Shown: piece after piece, positions 1-10,337 of the stretch
How positions within the stretch are numbered: position 1 is the stretch's first letter
Layout: the number at the start of each line of letters is the position of its first letter
Source of the DNA: Actinomycetota bacterium
GTDB taxonomy: Bacteria; Actinomycetota; Acidimicrobiia; Acidimicrobiales; Aldehydirespiratoraceae
Assembly: GCA_039815945.1 (NCBI GenBank)
Contig: JBCBYI010000003.1
Location: forward strand, 1-43,960
DNA length: 43,960 bases
Direction: 5' to 3'
The notes under the pieces: generated by a model
What the model was told of the DNA's origin: nothing
The model's input: the letters and a program-made list of their open reading frames with translations, nothing else
Database searches by the model: none
Program-made: the position numbers and the translations under genes

Positions 1-28
1 GTGGCACCGCTCGAGCGGTGACCGCCCG

Positions 29-169
29 TCAGCCCAGGACGACGGCGAGGCTGACCACCAGGACCGCACCGAGCACGCCGATGAGCGGCCCCAGGGGCCC
101 CAGCGCGTTGAGGCGCCGACGCTCGGTGAAGTCGATGGGTTCGGGACTGAAGTCGATCCACTCGCTCAT
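29..169 (-). CDS. Small putative membrane protein (46 aa)
   Basis: ATG at 169 gives MSEWIDFSPEPIDFTERRRLNALGPLGPLIGVLGAVLVVSLAVVLG, with one C-terminal hydrophobic helix. Divergent from the 224 gene. Confidence 0.5.
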   Translation of the reverse strand: MSEWIDFSPEPIDFTERRRLNALGPLGPLIGVLGAVLVVSLAVVLG

Positions 170-223
170 GCCCGAAGGACGCCACGCGCCGCACAGAAGT
201 CGCGAACCCGTCATGATGATCGA

Positions 224-649
224 GTGACCGAGTCCCGCCCCTCCCCGTCTCGCCCCAGCCCCGTGCCGTCCGGCGACGCGCTTCCGTCGCACAAGCGTCC
301 CTACGACGACACCCCGGTGCACACCGCGGACCTGCCGCCGCTACCGATCCGGGACCGAAACATCCCGGCCGAGGCGTGGATCGAGGCACCGGAGGAGCTG
401 CTGCGTTCCGGGGACGACATCGGCAATCCGCGCATCGCGTACAAGCGACGCATCGGGCCGTGGCTGCTGTGGCGAGCCGGGCCGGCCCGCAAGGCGAACG
501 CCCGCTACGTCGCGATCCGCGAGGACGACCTCACCCGCATCCTGACGTTCCGCCTGTTCGAGGACGGCACCGGCGAAGGTCTGGGGGCGACCGGGTCACC
601 GCACGAGCGCTTCCGGACCTGGAAGGAAGACCTGCTCCAGGCGGACTGA
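224..649 (+). CDS. Hypothetical protein (141 aa)
   Basis: ORF with GC3-rich codon usage. CATGAT -10-like hexamer (212-217) lies 6 nt before the GTG (leaderless layout). Confidence 0.75.
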   Translation: MTESRPSPSRPSPVPSGDALPSHKRPYDDTPVHTADLPPLPIRDRNIPAEAWIEAPEELLRSGDDIGNPRIAYKRRIGPWLLWRAGPARKANARYVAIREDDLTRILTFRLFEDGTGEGLGATGSPHERFRTWKEDLLQAD

Positions 650-692
650 AACCGCAGAACCGGCCACGGGCCACGCACTAGCGTGGGACGCC

Positions 693-2750
693 GTGACCAG
701 CGGCGGCGACGAGGGACGACACCCCGACCACGAGTCGGAGCAGGCCTACCTCGAACGCGCCCGTGCGGCCCTGCTGGCGATGGTCGAACGAAGCGAACGG
801 GCGGTCGAGTTCGCCGATCAACGGGTCCGCGACGAGGACAGCGTCGACGCCAAGATCGCCAAGGCGAAGCTCGTCGATCGTCGAGCGGCCGTCGACGTGG
901 GCGACGTCGCCCTGTGCTTCGGGCGCATCGACGAAGATCCGATCATCACCGACGGCGATCAGTGGTACGTCGGACGGCGCCACATCGAGGACGCCGACGG
1001 CACGCCGGTGATCGTCGATTGGCGGGCACCGGTGGCCGTTCCCTTCTACCGGGCCACCGCGGCCGACGCGTTCAGCCTGGCCCGCCGCCGCCGCTTCGTG
1101 ACCGAGGTCGACGACCTACTGGCGATCTTCGACGAACAACTCGACGATCCCGAGTCGATCACTGCCGCAGGCATCCCCGATCCGGTGCTGGCCGAGATCG
1201 AGCGAGGCCGCACCGGCGAGATGTCCGACATCGTCGCGACGATCGCGGCGGAACAGGACGAGATCATCCGAGCCCCGCTCGACGAGTGCCTGCTCGTCCA
1301 GGGTGGCCCCGGCACCGGCAAGACCGCCGTCGGCCTGCACCGGGCGGCCTTCCTGCTCTTCGAGCATCGCCAGGCCCTCTCCCAGAGCCAGGTCCTGGTG
1401 ATCGGCCCGAATCGCGTCTTCCTCCGCTACGTCAGCAACGTCTTGCCCTCGCTCGGCGAGACCGCCGTGAGCCAGGCGACGATCACCTCCCTGCTCAGCG
1501 CCCGGGTGCGGGTCCGTTCCGAAGAACCGCCCGAGATCGCGGAACTGAAGGGGCGGGCGGTGATGGCCGACGTCCTCCGACGGCTCGCCGACGCCCGGAT
1601 CAAGGTGCCGACCGACGAGGTCTCGGTCGGGCTCGGGGTCCGCAAGATCCGCTACGCCCCCGACACGGTCGAGGCCGCGATCAAGACCGCCCGGGCCAAC
1701 AACCTGCCCCTCAACGACGCCAAGAGCGTCTTCACCGAGGTCCTGCTGCGCGAAGCCCGCCAGCAGCTCCTCGACCGCGACGTCGCCCAGGAAGACCTCG
1801 CCCTGCTCCTCCCGGAGCTGCGACGCTCGGCCGACTTCGGCAAGCTCGTCGACAAGGTCTGGCCGTCGCTCTCCGGCGCCCAGCTCGTGCGCTCGCTGCT
1901 CGGCAGTCCCGCCAATCGCACGCGAGCGATCGACGGCCTGCTCTCGCCTGACGACGCCGAGCTTCTGCAGCGGTCGTCGGCCAAGAAGGTCGGCGACGAG
2001 CCGTGGACCGAGGCCGACCTGGCCCTGCTCGACGAGGCCAACGCACTCACCACAGGTGTCGGCCGCCAATACGGCCATGTCGTGATCGACGAAGCCCAGG
2101 ATCTCTCGTCGATGGCGCTGCGCGCCGCCGGCCGCCGGGCCGCCGGCGGCTCGATGACGATCCTCGGCGACATCGCCCAGGCCACCGGCATCGGCGCCCA
2201 GCCGTCGTGGGGCGCCGTCACCACGTCACTCGGTATCGACTCGTCGATGGTGCGGCGGCGAGAGCTGACGGTCGGCTACCGCGTGCCCGGCCCAATCCTC
2301 GACTACGCCAACCGGCTGCTCCCCGTCACCGCACCCGACATCACGCCCTCGACCTCTATCCGGGCCCGCGGGCTCGGCCCGGAGCACCACGAGGTCGCCG
2401 AGGCCGCCATCGCGTCGACGGTCGCCGAGCTGGCGTCGGGCCTCGGGCAGGACTGGTCGACCGTCGGCGTGGTCTGCCCCGAGCCCCGCTTCGACGACGT
2501 CCTGACGGCGCTGCGCGACGCCGGCCTCGATGCCGGCGACACCCGCCGTGTCCTCGAACTCGACCAGGCGATCTCGGTCGTCACCCCACCGACCGCGAAG
2601 GGACTCGAGTTCGACGTCACGATCGTCGTCGAGCCCGCCGACTTCGTCGATCTGCCCAACGGGCTGCGGCTCCTGTACGTGGCGCTCACCCGCTGCGTGC
2701 AGCGACTCCTCGTCGTGCGATCCGCACCGATGCCGGCGCCGCTCGCCTAG
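693..2750 (+). CDS. helD: HelD/UvrD-like SF1 helicase-family ATPase (RNA polymerase recycling factor family)
   Basis: Motifs FGRID, YVGR, DWRAP, IVATI..EQD, Walker A GGPGTGKT, HVVIDEAQD, GDIAQ, KGLEFD and LYVALTR are typical of actinobacterial HelD. Confidence 0.85.
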   Translation: MTSGGDEGRHPDHESEQAYLERARAALLAMVERSERAVEFADQRVRDEDSVDAKIAKAKLVDRRAAVDVGDVALCFGRIDEDPIITDGDQWYVGRRHIEDADGTPVIVDWRAPVAVPFYRATAADAFSLARRRRFVTEVDDLLAIFDEQLDDPESITAAGIPDPVLAEIERGRTGEMSDIVATIAAEQDEIIRAPLDECLLVQGGPGTGKTAVGLHRAAFLLFEHRQALSQSQVLVIGPNRVFLRYVSNVLPSLGETAVSQATITSLLSARVRVRSEEPPEIAELKGRAVMADVLRRLADARIKVPTDEVSVGLGVRKIRYAPDTVEAAIKTARANNLPLNDAKSVFTEVLLREARQQLLDRDVAQEDLALLLPELRRSADFGKLVDKVWPSLSGAQLVRSLLGSPANRTRAIDGLLSPDDAELLQRSSAKKVGDEPWTEADLALLDEANALTTGVGRQYGHVVIDEAQDLSSMALRAAGRRAAGGSMTILGDIAQATGIGAQPSWGAVTTSLGIDSSMVRRRELTVGYRVPGPILDYANRLLPVTAPDITPSTSIRARGLGPEHHEVAEAAIASTVAELASGLGQDWSTVGVVCPEPRFDDVLTALRDAGLDAGDTRRVLELDQAISVVTPPTAKGLEFDVTIVVEPADFVDLPNGLRLLYVALTRCVQRLLVVRSAPMPAPLA

Positions 2751-2769
2751 CACTATTCTCATTGTGGAG

Positions 2770-2783
2770 CGAACATATGTTCG
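2770..2783. promoter_or_regulatory. LexA (SOS) box upstream of the DUF222/HNH gene
   Basis: Perfect palindrome CGAACATATGTTCG matches the actinobacterial/Gram-positive consensus CGAAC-N4-GTTCG. It sits just upstream of TACACT (-10, 2786-2791). Confidence 0.85.
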
Positions 2784-2797
2784 TGTACACTGTGGGG

Positions 2798-4042
2798 ATG
2801 TTGGCGGGAATGATCGAGGAGTTGCAGGCGGTCGACGTCGACGCCATGACGCGCCCTCGCCTCGAAGCTGTCATCGCCGAGTTGCAGGCGCTGGAATCCG
2901 CAGCGACGTCTCGTCGCATGGCGGCGATGGCCGCGCTTGATTCGTTGGGTGACGGTGGCCGGTCGTCGGCATCGGTTGCCAGGTCCGATGGCAAGGCGTC
3001 CGCGAAGAAGGCCCGGTCAGAGCAGCAGACGGCGTCGGCGTTGTCGAAGATGCCCAAGACCCGTCGACAGTTGGATCAGGGTTCGATCACGCCCGAGCAC
3101 GCAAAAGCGGCTGCGGATGCGGCGAATCGGTGTGGTGATCCGGGCAAGGCCGATGACGAACTGTCGGATCGTAGTGATGTGCCCGCTGATCTGTTCGCGA
3201 AACGATCGAAGGACTGGGCTGACGATCACAACACCCAGGCCGAGATCGACGCTCGTGCGAAACGCCAGCATCGCGACCGCCGCGCCAGCTTCGGACGAAG
3301 CAGTGACGACGGGTCATGGGTGCTGTTCGCCAGAGGCACCACCGCCGACGGCCGCGAACTCCAAGGACTCATCGACGCCGAAACCGACCGGCTGTTCCGC
3401 GACGACGGCGGCCGCGACAACCCGACCCGTCACCGAACCGACGATCAACGACGTTTCGACGCCTTGGCCAACCTGATCCGCCGAGGTGCCGGCCACGAGG
3501 CTCGACCCGGCAAACGGCCCCACCCGAAATACCAAGGCATCGTCACCATCCCGCTGTCGGCCTATCTCAACCCCGACGAGGCCGAAGGAACACTGGTCGG
3601 GTCGGGGCCGTTGCCCCGAGCGATCGTGCAACGGATCCTGTGCGACGGCGAGTTGATGCCATTGATCGTCGACGACCACGGCCAACCACTCTTCGCTGGC
3701 CGCACGATCCGCACCGCCAACGACGCCCAATGGAAAGCCCTGACCGTGCGCAACGGCGGCTGTGTTGTGTGCGGGGCTGACCCGTCACGCTGCGAAGCAC
3801 ACCACCTGATCTGGTGGGAACGCTCCGGCGGCACCGACATCACCAACCTCGTGCTGCTGTGCACGCATCACCACCACGAACTCCACGACCACGACCTCCT
3901 CCTCTCCCGCACCAACGGCGAATGGCGGCTCACACCCCGAGCCGGACCCCGTCCCCACCCGACCACGAGAACACCCCGACCGAACCAACGATCCCGCCGA
4001 AACAGACAACGACGCACCGCGCCCGCACGCGCCCCGACCTGA
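2798..4042 (+). CDS. DUF222 (13E12 repeat family) HNH endonuclease domain protein
   Basis: C-terminal GCVVCG..RCEAHHLIWW..GGTDITNLVLLCTHHH HNH motif; RRFDAL and R.LCDG motifs typical of DUF222. Start placed at ATG 2798, 6 nt after TACACT. Confidence 0.85.
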   Translation: MLAGMIEELQAVDVDAMTRPRLEAVIAELQALESAATSRRMAAMAALDSLGDGGRSSASVARSDGKASAKKARSEQQTASALSKMPKTRRQLDQGSITPEHAKAAADAANRCGDPGKADDELSDRSDVPADLFAKRSKDWADDHNTQAEIDARAKRQHRDRRASFGRSSDDGSWVLFARGTTADGRELQGLIDAETDRLFRDDGGRDNPTRHRTDDQRRFDALANLIRRGAGHEARPGKRPHPKYQGIVTIPLSAYLNPDEAEGTLVGSGPLPRAIVQRILCDGELMPLIVDDHGQPLFAGRTIRTANDAQWKALTVRNGGCVVCGADPSRCEAHHLIWWERSGGTDITNLVLLCTHHHHELHDHDLLLSRTNGEWRLTPRAGPRPHPTTRTPRPNQRSRRNRQRRTAPARAPT

Positions 4043-4056
4043 GACACCTTCGAGGT

Positions 4057-4091
4057 GACGACAGCGGGCGTGGCCGTTGCCCGCTGTCGTC
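4057..4091 (+). terminator. Strong hairpin downstream of the DUF222 gene (terminator-like, no U tract)
   Basis: GACGACAGCGGGC (4057-4069) is the exact reverse complement of GCCCGCTGTCGTC (4079-4091). Confidence 0.55.
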
Positions 4092-4119
4092 GTGCGTCAG
4101 CGGGGGCTACGTTCACGCG

Positions 4120-5502
4120 ATGAGCGATACGCCGTGGACCGGAGACGTGGTTGGCCTCGTGGAGGCCTTCCGAGCAGGTGAACGCAGCCCGAGCGAGGAG
4201 CTCGAGGCCACCCTCGCGGCGGTCGAGGCGAGCGATCTCAACGCGGTCTGCCACGTCGACACCGACGCCGCCCGCGCCGCGGCGGCGAACGCCGACGTCT
4301 CGTTGCCGTTCGGCGGCGTGCCGCTGGCGGTGAAGGAACTCCTGGCGGTCGGCGGCTGGCCGGCATCGCTCGGATCCCTGCCCCTGGCCGACGAGGTCTT
4401 CGACGCCGACGGCATCTCGGTCGAGCGGCTCAAGGCCGCCGGTGCCATCGCCGCCGTGCAGACCACGTCGAGCGAGTTCGGCGCCACCAACCAGACCACC
4501 ACCAAGATCCACGGCGCCACCCGCAACCCGTGGAACCTCGAACGCACGCCCGGCGGCAGCTCGGGTGGCTCGGCCGCCGGCGTGGCCGGTGGCCTGTTCG
4601 CGCTGGCCACGGCAAGCGACGGCGGCGGCTCGATTCGCATCCCGGCCGGCTTCTGCGGGCTCATCGGCCTGAAGTCGACCTTTGGCCGAATCCCGCGCGG
4701 GCCGGGGTCGATTCTCGGCAACGCGACCTCCGTCGAGGGCTCGGTCAGCCGCAGCACCCGCGACGCCGCCCGCTACCTCGACGTCACCAATGGCTTCGAC
4801 GCCCGAGATCCCCGCGGGCTGCCCCGGATCGAGGGCTACGAGGCCGGCCTCGGAAGCCACGCCGACGAGATCCGGTCGCTGCGGGTCGCAGTGATCCCCG
4901 ACCTCAGCTGCGCCGTCGTCGGTCCCGAGACCGAGGAACTCATCGCCGCCGCCGCTGAGGAGCTCATCGCGCTCTCCGGCATGCAGCGGGTCGAGATCGA
5001 TCTCCGCTTGCCCAAGATCATGGGGGTGTGGGGTGCCACCGGCGGCGTCGGCATTCGCATTTCACTCGGCGACCGGTGGCCCGAGTGTGCCCCCGATCTC
5101 GGCGGCGTCGAGCGGGCGGGCCAACACGCCGCCGACACCGGCTTCACGATCGACGCCATGGCCCGGGCCGAGAGCCGTCGAGCGGAGTTCAACTCCGCCA
5201 TGGCCGCCATGTTCGACGACGTCGACATCGTGCTCGCCGCCACCAACCCGTCGACCGCGTTCGACGCCGACGGCCGGCTGCCCGGCGTGTTCGAGGGCCG
5301 CGAGTCCAACCCCGGCAACAACGGTGCGCTGACCGCCCCGTCGAACATCTACGGCAACCCAGCGATCGCCCTGCCAGCGGGCCTGGCGAGCGACGGTTTG
5401 CCCGTCAGCCTCCAGGTCCTGGCGCCGCATTTCCGCGAGGATCTCCTGCTCGATCTGTCTCACATCTGGGAGCGCGAGCACCCGGTCGAACTCGCTCCCT
5501 GA
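4120..5502 (+). CDS. Amidase signature family protein
   Basis: GVPLAVKE, TRNPWN, PGGSSGGSAA and SDGGGSIRIPAGFCG motifs. Start at ATG 4120, 6 nt after TACGTT. Confidence 0.92.
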   Translation: MSDTPWTGDVVGLVEAFRAGERSPSEELEATLAAVEASDLNAVCHVDTDAARAAAANADVSLPFGGVPLAVKELLAVGGWPASLGSLPLADEVFDADGISVERLKAAGAIAAVQTTSSEFGATNQTTTKIHGATRNPWNLERTPGGSSGGSAAGVAGGLFALATASDGGGSIRIPAGFCGLIGLKSTFGRIPRGPGSILGNATSVEGSVSRSTRDAARYLDVTNGFDARDPRGLPRIEGYEAGLGSHADEIRSLRVAVIPDLSCAVVGPETEELIAAAAEELIALSGMQRVEIDLRLPKIMGVWGATGGVGIRISLGDRWPECAPDLGGVERAGQHAADTGFTIDAMARAESRRAEFNSAMAAMFDDVDIVLAATNPSTAFDADGRLPGVFEGRESNPGNNGALTAPSNIYGNPAIALPAGLASDGLPVSLQVLAPHFREDLLLDLSHIWEREHPVELAP

Positions 5503-5525
5503 GGCGTCGGTCACCCCGAGACGAA

Positions 5526-5549
5526 TTAGCACTACCGGCGTAGTGCTAA
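5526..5549. promoter_or_regulatory. Palindromic operator upstream of sufC-sufS-sufU (suf motif copy 1)
   Basis: TTAGCACTAC-CGGC-GTAGTGCTAA is a perfect 10-bp inverted repeat over the expected -35 region of the promoter with -10 TAGACT (5565-5570). Related copies lie at 15206 and 18662. Confidence 0.75.
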
Positions 5550-5577
5550 CCCTGACTGGTGCCGTAGACTTTCGGAT

Positions 5578-6330
<753 letters not shown>

Positions 6331-6332
6331 TC

Positions 6333-7577
6333 ATGAGCGGTATCCCCGCCGACATCAAGAAGGACTTCCCGGTTCTGCAACAGCAGGTCCACGACAAGCC
6401 CCTGATCTATCTCGACTCGGGCAACACGTCGCAGAAGCCGCAGGCCGTCATCGACGCGATGAGCGACTACTACGAGACCACCAACGCGAATGTGCACCGG
6501 GGTTCGTACGATCTCGCTGTTCGCGCCACCGACGCGCTCGAGGGCGCTCGGTCCAAGGTCGCCCGCTTCATCAACGCCCCGGCCATCAACGAGGTCGTGT
6601 TCACCAAGAACGCCACCGAGGCCTTCAACCTGCTCGCCCGCTCGTGGGGTGCCACCAACCTCGGGCCCGGCGATGCCGTCGTGATCTCCGAGATGGAGCA
6701 TCACGCCAACATCGTGCCGTGGCACATGCTGGCGGCCGAGAAGGGCTTCGAGCTGCGCTGGATCCCTGTCACCTCCGACGGCCATCTCGACCTCAGCGAT
6801 CTCGACACCTTCCTCGACGGCGCCAAACTGGTGTCGGTCACCGCCATGTCGAACGTGCTCGGCACCCTCAACGACATTCCTCGGCTGGCCGAGGCCGCCC
6901 ACGCCGTGGGTGCGCTCCTCGCCGTCGACGGAAGCCAGTACGTGCCCCACGTCCCCACCGATGTGCAGGCGATGGGCGCCGACTTCCTCATCTTCACCGG
7001 CCACAAGATGCTCGGCCCGATGGGCATCGGCGTCCTGTGGGCCCACGCCGAACTCCTCGAGGCGATGCCGCCGTTCCTCGGCGGTGGCGAGATGATCCTC
7101 AACGTCACCAAGGAAGGCTTCACCACCACGGAGATCCCGTGGAAGTTCGAAGCCGGCACCCCGATGGTGGCCGAAGCGGTCGGCCTCGGTGCCGCCATCG
7201 ACTACCTCGCTGAGCTCGGGATGGACAACGTCCGGGCCCACGAGATCGAGCTCACCGACTACGCCCTGCGCACCCTCAACGAGCGCTACGGCGACCGCAT
7301 CGTGATCCACGGTCCGCAGGTCGCCACCGAGCGCGGCGGCGTGCTGTCGTTCGTCTACGGCGATCCCGACATGCGGGTTCACCCCCACGACATCGCCCAA
7401 GTGCTCGACCAGGCCGGCGTGTGCGTGCGGGCCGGCCACCACTGCGCCAAGCCACTGCTCCAAACCATGAAGGTGCCCGCCACCAGTCGGGCGTCGGTCT
7501 ACGTCTACAACGACGAGTCCGACATCGACGCCCTCGCCGACGCGCTCGAGGCCAGCGGCGACATCTTCGCTTTCTAG
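6333..7577 (+). CDS. sufS: SufS cysteine desulfurase
   Basis: YLDSG.TSQKP, ANVHRG, MEHHAN, TGHKMLGP (PLP lysine) and the group II motif RAGHHCA. Confidence 0.95.
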   Translation: MSGIPADIKKDFPVLQQQVHDKPLIYLDSGNTSQKPQAVIDAMSDYYETTNANVHRGSYDLAVRATDALEGARSKVARFINAPAINEVVFTKNATEAFNLLARSWGATNLGPGDAVVISEMEHHANIVPWHMLAAEKGFELRWIPVTSDGHLDLSDLDTFLDGAKLVSVTAMSNVLGTLNDIPRLAEAAHAVGALLAVDGSQYVPHVPTDVQAMGADFLIFTGHKMLGPMGIGVLWAHAELLEAMPPFLGGGEMILNVTKEGFTTTEIPWKFEAGTPMVAEAVGLGAAIDYLAELGMDNVRAHEIELTDYALRTLNERYGDRIVIHGPQVATERGGVLSFVYGDPDMRVHPHDIAQVLDQAGVCVRAGHHCAKPLLQTMKVPATSRASVYVYNDESDIDALADALEASGDIFAF

Positions 7578-7602
7578 GCCCCCACTCATAGGATTCAGTG
7601 CG

Positions 7603-8112
7603 ATGCCCGGACTCGACGACCTCTACCGCGAAGTCATCCTCGACCACTACCGCTCGCCCCGGAACCAGGGTGAGCTCGAGACCCCGCCCGCCGTGCGCAC
7701 CGAGGGATTCAACCCTCTGTGCGGCGACGAGGTGATCGTCTACATCGACGTCGACGACGACAACGTCATCACCGACGTCGCCATCGGTGGCCAGGGCTGC
7801 TCGATCAGCCAGGCCTCGGCCTCGATGATGTCGGCTGCGATCAAGGGCAAGTCGGTGACCGAAGCCCGTCGGTTCATCGCCGCGTTCAAGGGTCTGATGA
7901 GCATCCACGAGGGCGAACTCGGTGGCGACGGCTCCGAAGCCGAGATGGGCATCGACGCCATCGCGGCCGGTGACGAGGGTGGGCCGGCGATCAAGCTCGG
8001 CGACCTCGAGGCGCTCAAGGGCGTCGTGAAGTTCCCGGTGCGCATCAAGTGCGCGACTTTGAGCTGGAACACGCTCGCCCAGGCACTCGACCAGGCCGCC
8101 GCCGACGCCTGA
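7603..8112 (+). CDS. sufU: SufU (NifU/IscU-like) sulfur-transfer/scaffold protein
   Basis: LYREVILDHY, NPLCGD, GCSISQAS and FPVRIKCA motifs. Confidence 0.94.
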   Translation: MPGLDDLYREVILDHYRSPRNQGELETPPAVRTEGFNPLCGDEVIVYIDVDDDNVITDVAIGGQGCSISQASASMMSAAIKGKSVTEARRFIAAFKGLMSIHEGELGGDGSEAEMGIDAIAAGDEGGPAIKLGDLEALKGVVKFPVRIKCATLSWNTLAQALDQAAADA

Positions 8113-8250
8113 CCCCGCTTCGGGTCCTCGTCGGCGCGTGGGCGATCTCGGTCGGCGTGGCCCAGCGGCACCGACTCGGCGGACCGATCGACCCGGCCCT
8201 CGACGGGTCCATCGCCGACCCCTGATCGCCGACTGCTAGCGTCGGCCGCC

Positions 8251-9225
8251 ATGTCAGACACGCCGCAGCCGGGTTGGTACGACGACCCCGAGAACCCCTC
8301 GCAGTACCGGTACTGGGACGGCGCCGAGTGGACGACCCACCGATCACCGAAAGAGACCCCGCCGCCGCCCGGGATGACCAGCGCCGGTGTTCCGACCTCG
8401 GCGACCGAGGCCGTCTCGGCGGCCTTCACCCTCTTCGGACAGCACTGGGTGAGCCTCCTCGGCCTGGCCGCGATCGCCCTCGCCGGGTTCGTTGCCTCCA
8501 TCGCCGTCGTCGTCGGTGGCGTCTTCCTCTCGCTCGACGACGCCGAGGATCTCTTCGGCGAGGAGGTGAGCGAGTTCGTCTTCAACCCGATCGCAGTGGT
8601 GCTCTGGGTCGTTGGGGCCGTCGGCTACATCGCGGTCCTGGTGGTGATGGGGCCGGCCTTCCAGGCCCGGGTCGAAGTCGGCCGCATCGGCGGGTCGGCA
8701 ACGGTCGGCGCCTGCATCGGCTACGGCGCCCGCAACTGGAAGCGCACCCTCGGACGCGGGTTCCTGTTGTGGCTGACCTATCTCGCCGCACTCCTCGTGC
8801 TGGTCCCACTCGTCTTGCTGGCGGCTGCGCTCGGCGGACTCGGGGTCTTCCTCGCGATCGTGCTCGGCCTCGCCTGGTTCGTCGCGATCGGACCGGTGGT
8901 GGCGTTGGCCGCGGCCGGGATCGCCGTCGCGCCGACGGGCACACAGGTCATCCGCCACGCGATCACGGCCGGGCGCGAGGACTGGGCGCTGGTCGCCGGC
9001 GCCTTCTACCTGATGTATCTCGTGGCCTTCTTCCTCGGGATCGTCGCGGCCGTGCTCGGCATCATCCCGATCCTCGGCATCTTCGCCAACCTCGGCATCA
9101 CCTTCGTCTCCTACTCGGTCTTCTTGATCGTCCAGCACTTCCAGTGGCTGCGCTCCGACGGGGCCATCGATCCGGCCGTCGCCGAGATGGCCGGCGTCTC
9201 GGGTCCCCCGTCGAACGCATCGTGA
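8251..9225 (+). CDS. DUF2510 domain membrane protein
   Basis: N-terminal PGWYDDP..YRYWDG..WT motif followed by about six hydrophobic helices. Confidence 0.85.
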   Translation: MSDTPQPGWYDDPENPSQYRYWDGAEWTTHRSPKETPPPPGMTSAGVPTSATEAVSAAFTLFGQHWVSLLGLAAIALAGFVASIAVVVGGVFLSLDDAEDLFGEEVSEFVFNPIAVVLWVVGAVGYIAVLVVMGPAFQARVEVGRIGGSATVGACIGYGARNWKRTLGRGFLLWLTYLAALLVLVPLVLLAAALGGLGVFLAIVLGLAWFVAIGPVVALAAAGIAVAPTGTQVIRHAITAGREDWALVAGAFYLMYLVAFFLGIVAAVLGIIPILGIFANLGITFVSYSVFLIVQHFQWLRSDGAIDPAVAEMAGVSGPPSNAS

Positions 9226-9671
9226 GCGCGGTCGTCGGCCTGCAGATCGCCAAGGCCACCCGGCTCGGCATGGTTGCGGTCGACGAGGTCGAGATCGAGA
9301 CCGCCGCCGGGATCGTCGGCGATCGCTACCACGGGTCGAAGCATCGCCAGGTGAGCGTGCAGTCCCTGGAGGAGTTGGCCGAAGCGGAGGCGGACTTCGG
9401 CGCATCGCTCGACCCGCTGCTGACCCGCCGCAACATCACGATCGACACCGGTCGCGTCCCCCGCACGCCCGGCCATCGCTGGCGGGTCGGTCCCGTCGAA
9501 CTCGAGGTCGTTCGCGACGCCGCCCCGTGCAAGCTGCTCGACGACAACCTCGGCGTCGGCGCCCGTACCGCGATGCGTCGACGCGCCGGTGTGATCTGTC
9601 GGGTGATCGAGGGCGGCCCGCTGCGAATCGGCGACACCGTCGACTTCGGTCAGTCCTCCGACGCCGCCTGA
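9222..9671 (+). CDS. MOSC domain protein
   Basis: GTG at 9222 overlaps the upstream TGA. Motifs GIVGDRY, RQVS, RRNITI, APC and RAGV..VI.GG.LR.GD are characteristic of MOSC. Confidence 0.85.
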   Translation: MSAVVGLQIAKATRLGMVAVDEVEIETAAGIVGDRYHGSKHRQVSVQSLEELAEAEADFGASLDPLLTRRNITIDTGRVPRTPGHRWRVGPVELEVVRDAAPCKLLDDNLGVGARTAMRRRAGVICRVIEGGPLRIGDTVDFGQSSDAA

Positions 9672-10306
9672 CGGATCATCACCGCGACCTCGGGTCCGAC
9701 GAGCGCCTGGAGTTCGTCGGCGAGGAACTCCGCCGTCGGCTCGGTACCGACCTGGGCGTTGTCGCCCTCGGTGCAGCACCAGGCCATCGTCGCACCGGCC
9801 TCACCGCGGTCGTCGCGTCCCCATCGCCGCAGCGTCGCGGTGCCGTCGCCGTGGTGGCGGGTGATCAACGGGAGCTGCCAGCACACGTTCGGCTTGACGT
9901 CGATGGGCCGGTCGCCGTCGTGCAGGGCCTGCAGGTGCAGCGCACAACCGGGTCCGCCGGCGAAACCGGGTCGGTTGAGGAAGACGCATGCGCCGTCGAC
10001 CGTGTTGGTCCGCGCCCGCCGCTCGTCTTCGTAGATGCCATGCTCGTCGGCCCAGCCCCGGTACTGCCACAGGTCGTCGTCGAGCATCGCGGCGAGCGCC
10101 GAGACGAGCATCGCCTCGTCCTCGTCGAAGAGCTCGGTACCGACCGAACAACACCCGTGGCCGAGTTCCTCCGCCGGATGATCGAGAATGCCCTGGCAGC
10201 CGTCTCCCCAGATGCACGTCCATCGCGAACCGAGGAAGCCCATGTCGACCGACCACCGCGTGCCGTCGACGGGATCGACGAAGGATTCGAACCGAGCTGC
10301 GACCAC
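9650..10306 (-). CDS. Conserved cysteine-rich actinobacterial protein (DUF3109/YkgJ-like, possible metal cluster)
   Basis: WTCIWGDGC, GCCS.G, ACVFLNRPGF, GCALH, KP.VCWQLP and WCCTE motifs. TAACCT -10 lies 6 nt before the GTG. Confidence 0.8.
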   Translation of the reverse strand: MVAARFESFVDPVDGTRWSVDMGFLGSRWTCIWGDGCQGILDHPAEELGHGCCSVGTELFDEDEAMLVSALAAMLDDDLWQYRGWADEHGIYEDERRARTNTVDGACVFLNRPGFAGGPGCALHLQALHDGDRPIDVKPNVCWQLPLITRHHGDGTATLRRWGRDDRGEAGATMAWCCTEGDNAQVGTEPTAEFLADELQALVGPEVAVMIRQAASED

Positions 10307-10337
10307 GGCTCCAGGTTAGGGCGGTACTGTCCGCTCC

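Noticed and set aside
650-692. Rifamycin-associated element (HelR-type regulation) upstream of the helicase
   Set aside because: No such inverted repeat is visible in the short intergenic region, so the gene is called generic HelD.
5526-5549. CIRCE (HrcA) element, since the arms begin TTAGCACT/AGTGCTAA
   Set aside because: The arms are 3 bp closer than in CIRCE (TTAGCACTC-N9-GAGTGCTAA), no chaperone gene follows, and the sister copies read TTAACACTAC.
10311-10329. IdeR/DtxR box (AGGTTAGG half-site)
   Set aside because: Only one half matches, and the sequence is explained by the divergent -10 elements.
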